From assembly GCA_963662665.2 (NCBI GenBank), contig CAXXJS010000037.1, positions 47,860 to 111,859 on the forward strand: a DNA stretch of 64,000 nucleotides. Reading direction: 5' to 3'. The notes below the pieces were generated by a model. That model worked only from the letters and a program-made list of their open reading frames with translations, was not told where the DNA came from and did no database searches. Positions 59,632 through 64,000 of this stretch are shown one piece after another. The DNA comes from Candidatus Latescibacterota bacterium (GTDB lineage Bacteria; Latescibacterota; UBA2968; GCA-2709665). The position numbers were made by a program, and so were the translations under genes. Numbering within the stretch: position 1 is the stretch's first letter; each line of letters begins with the position of its first letter.

Positions 59632-59743
59632 GAGACCTACCCCCAAGCCCCCTTCCTGAAGGAAGGGGGAACTGTGATCCGCTCAGGGCCTCCTGGTTTT
59701 CTCCCCCTTTCCTTTAGGAGAGGGGGGCCGGGGGGAGAGGTCT
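59632..59743. repeat. Paired hairpin (REPIN-like) element
   Basis: gagacctaccccc...ggaaggggg + ctccccctttcctttaggagagggggg...gagaggtct; same layout and length as 33811-33922; half copies at 29197-29238, 47896-47931, 58265-58299. Confidence 0.75.
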
Positions 59744-59845
59744 GCGCATCCGCGAGGTAATGTCGGAGGGCCCTATCGATGTCCCGTGGAGGCGGGTTGT
59801 CGTCTCACGTCTTCCCTCTCCCGTCACCGCCCGCGGAGTTGTTCG

Positions 59846-61438
59846 ATGGGATATTCACGACATACCCCGATAGCCCTTCCGTTACGTCTCTTTCTCTGCG
59901 CTTTCTTTCCCGTTGTGTTCGGGTGGATAGACGTCCCCTGCGCGTCTGAAAAGAAACCCCCGGCCGTACCATTCGAAGGCCCCACGAGTACCGACTGGCA
60001 CACGACTTTTTCAACGTGGGATCAGACATTCGGCGACAACTATCTGGACGGCCGCGATGGCGGGTCGTTCGCCTGGGGTCCGTCCGCCTACGTTCAGCGG
60101 ATGTACCTGAACCTGTACCGGACGTTCGAAGAAACAGTCTGGCTCGACAAACTCGCAGGCCATATCGATCGCATTCTGATCGCCCGTTCCGACGTGCCGC
60201 CGTATGAAGTCTACGATCACAAGTACGTGGACGGATACAGGGGCTGGGGGCAGAACCGGTACGGCCAGTACAGCCCCGAATACACCGAATGGTTCTCCGA
60301 CGACGGATTGATTATCAGCCCCATCCTGGCATTTGTGGAACTGGTCTGGGAGGACCCGACGTTGCACGCGGCGTACAGGGCAAAAGCGGATGATTTCCTG
60401 CGCGTTGTGGAAGCGGATGTGATTGCGAAGTGGTACGACAACTGGGCGCCGGATCCGGGGTGGACGACAGATGACAGCAGCCGCTACGGCGAGGACGCGG
60501 GATACCACGTATACGAGTGGTCCGGGTGGAAGCGCCAACCTCTGAATATGTACCTGTCGTTTGCGGACGCGCTGGTCACGCTCCGTCGACTCTCAGGATC
60601 GCCGTATTACAGGCCCCACAAAGTGGAGTTCATACCGTTCTACGCTGAACAGAGCGAGCAGATGATGCGGTTCTTTCGCCGTCAACTGTCGTACGATGTG
60701 GAAACCGACGCCTATACCTGGAAATACGGTCCCGAGAGCCGCTGGCCGGAATTGATGGAGGATGTAGGGCATGCCTTCATCGACATTCAGGCGGCGCTTC
60801 AGGGGGTACAAAGCGGGCTGAGTTTCGACCCGAGAGATCTTGCGAGGATGGCCAATACGTTTGTACGCCATGTCTGGAATGGAAGTCTGGAAGCGCCGCA
60901 ATTCAAGTATTATATAGGCGGCCCGCCCGATAAGCTCGACGCGGAACGGGGCTTCAGGGGGTGGGGTTTTCTCTACCTGGCCGGTTACGACTACGAGATC
61001 TGGGAATCGATGGCCGCGTACTTCGAAGCGCAGGTTTCAATGCAGGGCGCACCGTCGCATATTGCGGCTACGGCAGCGATGCTTGCCATATCCACGCAGG
61101 CGCACGACAGGTGGCCGCCCGGCGCGCCGCTGCATGTGGAAGTGGAACTAAGCGGACGGGACGCGCGGATTTCGTGGCGCCGTCCGGAAACCGATGCCGA
61201 CGGCACGGCGCTTACCGGGCTTAGAGGATACATCGTACACAGGGCACCCGGGCCGGATGGGCCCTTCGACCGGCTGAATGAGGTCCCCCTGGCCACAACG
61301 CGATTCGTGGATCGAGGCGCGGCATCCGGGCCCTTTTGCTATCGGATCACGGCCGTGGACTACCGGCGCCCCCCTAATGAGGGTCCGCCTTCCGCGACCG
61401 TGACTAATTCGAACAGTCTTCCCTATCCTGGGCCCTGA
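59846..61438 (+). CDS. Secreted aromatic-rich helical protein with a C-terminal fibronectin type III-like domain
   Basis: Signal-like N-terminus; W/Y/D-rich body; C-terminal PPGAPLHVEV...ISW...GYIVHR...YRITAVD..NEG. Confidence 0.75.
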   Translation: MGYSRHTPIALPLRLFLCAFFPVVFGWIDVPCASEKKPPAVPFEGPTSTDWHTTFSTWDQTFGDNYLDGRDGGSFAWGPSAYVQRMYLNLYRTFEETVWLDKLAGHIDRILIARSDVPPYEVYDHKYVDGYRGWGQNRYGQYSPEYTEWFSDDGLIISPILAFVELVWEDPTLHAAYRAKADDFLRVVEADVIAKWYDNWAPDPGWTTDDSSRYGEDAGYHVYEWSGWKRQPLNMYLSFADALVTLRRLSGSPYYRPHKVEFIPFYAEQSEQMMRFFRRQLSYDVETDAYTWKYGPESRWPELMEDVGHAFIDIQAALQGVQSGLSFDPRDLARMANTFVRHVWNGSLEAPQFKYYIGGPPDKLDAERGFRGWGFLYLAGYDYEIWESMAAYFEAQVSMQGAPSHIAATAAMLAISTQAHDRWPPGAPLHVEVELSGRDARISWRRPETDADGTALTGLRGYIVHRAPGPDGPFDRLNEVPLATTRFVDRGAASGPFCYRITAVDYRRPPNEGPPSATVTNSNSLPYPGP

Positions 61439-61764
61439 TGCCAGTCAGCGCAATGGGCGGTCGGTCCGGGAATTCCGCGTTTCATCTGTCGGATAGTTTT
61501 CCGGGGACAGACGGCCAAATCTATACCCTGATCCGTACCTCTGCCCCCCCCAACAACGATTGCGAGATCAGTAAATTATCCTATATTTGCATATTCATAT
61601 CTTATATCGGGGAAATTTATTGTGATTTCGGATAAAATCGCATCGCGAACTGGCAGTTCGCGGTACGGATAACCTCACCTCACGGTTTTCGGTATCCAGG
61701 ATATTTGAAAAGAAATCAGCATACCTGCCGTCACGGTTCGACAGCCTTCGGAGGGAGCAAGAAA

Positions 61765-62421
61765 ATGGAAAAGCGGGTTACATCGGGCTTGGAAATGGTT
61801 CGGGACACCGCCCCGGATGAAAATTTCCAGGACAAATCGGATGGGCATCCTGCAGACGATGGTGTGTCCCGGGCTTTGACCGCGTTGCGTTGTTCTCAGG
61901 ATGTGACGCAGGCCGAACTTGCGAAACGGGCGGGTTGTACACAGAGTAAGATCTCGAGAATCGAGAACAGCCCGAACGATCGGCTCAAATTGGAAGATCT
62001 GACGATATACGCACGGGCATTCAATATGCGAGTCTCCATTGATTTCGGACATTCGTCGACCGTTGCGGACGCCATCGGAGGCCTGGCGCGCCAGATCAGG
62101 AACGGTCTCGGCGAAGTGGCAGATAGGGTGCGGCACGAAGAGACCACGGACGAAGGTACGAAGAAGCCTTACGAAGCATTCCTGTTCGATATGCTCGATC
62201 TATTCATGGATAACCTTGAGGGGCTTCGGGCGCGCCAAAACGGCTCGCGGGATTCGGGAGAGACGACGAGGGCGGGCAACGGCAGACCGATGGATACGAT
62301 AGGTCGGAGCGAAACGTTTAACCCTGAGAGACGGAAGAACGGCTCTACAGGAATCAGAATACACACGCCTATCGACATCGGTGAAGGCAACGGCAGGACT
62401 GAATCCCCATCCCGCCAGTGA
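61765..62421 (+). CDS. XRE-family HTH protein (orphan antitoxin-like regulator)
   Basis: GGAGGGAG RBS; ALRCSQDVTQAELAKRAGCTQSKISRIEN. Confidence 0.75.
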   Translation: MEKRVTSGLEMVRDTAPDENFQDKSDGHPADDGVSRALTALRCSQDVTQAELAKRAGCTQSKISRIENSPNDRLKLEDLTIYARAFNMRVSIDFGHSSTVADAIGGLARQIRNGLGEVADRVRHEETTDEGTKKPYEAFLFDMLDLFMDNLEGLRARQNGSRDSGETTRAGNGRPMDTIGRSETFNPERRKNGSTGIRIHTPIDIGEGNGRTESPSRQ

Positions 62422-62530
62422 AGACGCCTGTCTGCCGTTTCGCCAATGTTCTGAGTAGGCCTTGAGGCTTGCGAAGCGTCCGCGCAAATGTGTTTGCCGC
62501 GTTTCTGCGTTTGGGCAATCGAATAGACGG

Positions 62531-62860
62531 GAGATTCTTCGCTGCGCTCAGAATGACATGCTTTGCAATTACCATCGTGAAGATGTATCCGTCATACGTC
62601 GGCGTAAACCGTTATGCAGAGGAAGCCGATGTGAGGGTGGGGCAGACATTCCTGTCTGCCGCTTCGCTCAGAATGACATCGGGCCGATCATTATTCGCAA
62701 AGTGCGGAATTCATTCGACGTTTTTATCACTCCCCCCTTGAGGGGGAGTCGCAGAAGCCGAGCCGGCCCCCGGAGCACATGCCTGGATCCTGTCGATGGG
62801 TCGAAGGCGCTGCCCTGAGCCTGTCGAAGGGGCAGGCGACGGCTGATGCGGTGGGGGGCG
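62531..62860. repeat. Cluster of short palindromic repeats of several families
   Basis: cgctcagaatgaca twice; gtggggcagacattcctgtctgcc; actccccccttgagggggagt; cctgtcga(a/t)ggg twice. Confidence 0.65.
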
Positions 62861-62891
62861 CCTGTTCATTCCTCAACGAAGAGGAAAGAAA

Positions 62892-64000
62892 GTGACCACC
62901 AGACTCCTTAAAGCACTGTTTGTCGTCACGAGCCTCTGCGCTTGCGGAAGCGATTCAGTGATGATGCCGGACCTTCAACGGGGTCTCCACGAGGTTGGAA
63001 ATTTGACTCGCCCCCGGAATCTGCATGTCGCGGCACTATTGCAGAATGGCAAGGTCCTGATTGCCGGCGGCAACGCGGCACTACCTCCTGCCGGAGGAGG
63101 TATTGTGGAGCAGGATCTTCTTGTCAGCGCGGAGATTTTCGATCCTGAAACCGGCATCTCAACGCGAACCGGAAACATGAACGCCAGTCGCAGCAAAGAC
63201 CACGGAATATTGCTTCCCGACGGTCGGGTTCTGATTATATCCAGCTTTTCTCCTAGACACCCCATTGAGATGTACTATCCTCATTCCGGCGGATTCGACG
63301 CCGTTGCAGACGCGCCCTTTACATTCGGGACCAGATCTGCCACCCTGTTGCCTAACGGAGAGGTCCTTTTAATCGGCGCGTCACCCGCTGGTGGACGATG
63401 GCGCGTTTTCGATCCCACTGCAGGCACATTGTCCGACGCAATTGCGATGGACCATCCCGGATATGGCCATACGGCGACTTTGTTGAAGGCCGGCCGCGTG
63501 CTGATCGTTGGAGGAAAACTTTTCGGAGGGGAATGGTTGCCGGGACGGAATTTCATCTATGATCCCTCGACCGAAGCCTTTTCAGAAGCGGGCAGCCTGC
63601 AGGTCGACCGCATACTCCATAGGGCGGTGCTCCTTCAGGACGGCAGGGTAATGATCGTCGGCGGCTACAGGCGAGACGGGCGTCGCGCACAGACGCCCGA
63701 GATTTACAACCCCGAAACAAACACCTTCTCGCCCGCCGGAACTTCCGTAATGGATCCCTTGGCCGCCCTGCTGCTGCCGTCCGGCAGGGTGTTTTTCATC
63801 CACCGGGACAACGGCAATATCGCACTGTACAATCCGGACACCCAGGTATTTTCGCCTACGGGACACAGCATAGGACCGTGGCGATCCGGGTTGACGGTTA
63901 CGCTCCTCGATGACGGCCGCGTCCTTATCGCCGGCGGATTGAAGACGACGGATGGCGGTCATTCTCCTGAGTCGATTACGGAACAGATTTTCATTTTCAC
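62892..64000 (+). CDS. Kelch/galactose-oxidase-repeat lipoprotein (runs off window end; not in ORF track)
   Basis: GAGGA RBS + GTG; MTTRLLKALFVVTSLCAC lipobox; RNLHVAALLQNGKVLIAGG, GHTATLLKAGRVLIVGG, HRAVLLQDGRVMIVGG. Confidence 0.88.
   Translation, partial: MTTRLLKALFVVTSLCACGSDSVMMPDLQRGLHEVGNLTRPRNLHVAALLQNGKVLIAGGNAALPPAGGGIVEQDLLVSAEIFDPETGISTRTGNMNASRSKDHGILLPDGRVLIISSFSPRHPIEMYYPHSGGFDAVADAPFTFGTRSATLLPNGEVLLIGASPAGGRWRVFDPTAGTLSDAIAMDHPGYGHTATLLKAGRVLIVGGKLFGGEWLPGRNFIYDPSTEAFSEAGSLQVDRILHRAVLLQDGRVMIVGGYRRDGRRAQTPEIYNPETNTFSPAGTSVMDPLAALLLPSGRVFFIHRDNGNIALYNPDTQVFSPTGHSIGPWRSGLTVTLLDDGRVLIAGGLKTTDGGHSPESITEQIFIF

Overview
GC-rich bacterial chromosomal window. Its cohesin/FlgD-type secreted proteins, GWxTD proteins, sulfatase, phytanoyl-CoA dioxygenase and many eukaryote-like repeat proteins (LRR, ankyrin, TPR, Kelch) suggest an FCB-group, Latescibacterota/Gemmatimonadota-like and possibly sponge-associated organism (inference only). 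Housekeeping genes (gltA, msrA, lpxH, glpK, ilvD, ssrA/tmRNA) are interspersed with accessory modules. (i) A translationally coupled pair of STAND-like P-loop ATPases sits under a palindrome-covered promoter. (ii) There are several toxin-antitoxin/Abi loci, and in most the toxin has decayed while the antitoxin survives. (iii) An NYN RNase gene with one in-frame TAG lies head-to-head with a small, structured, promoter- and terminator-bounded candidate RNA. (iv) Two integrase-less islands are stacked at the tmRNA 3' end, one carrying an octaheme HAO-like/NapC module. (v) A decaying tandem array of GWxTD-TPR and Kelch-lipoprotein genes includes an unannotated orphan GWxTD C-terminus. (vi) Several families of MITE/REP-like and heptamer repeats are present. 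All calls are from manual reading; no database searches were run.
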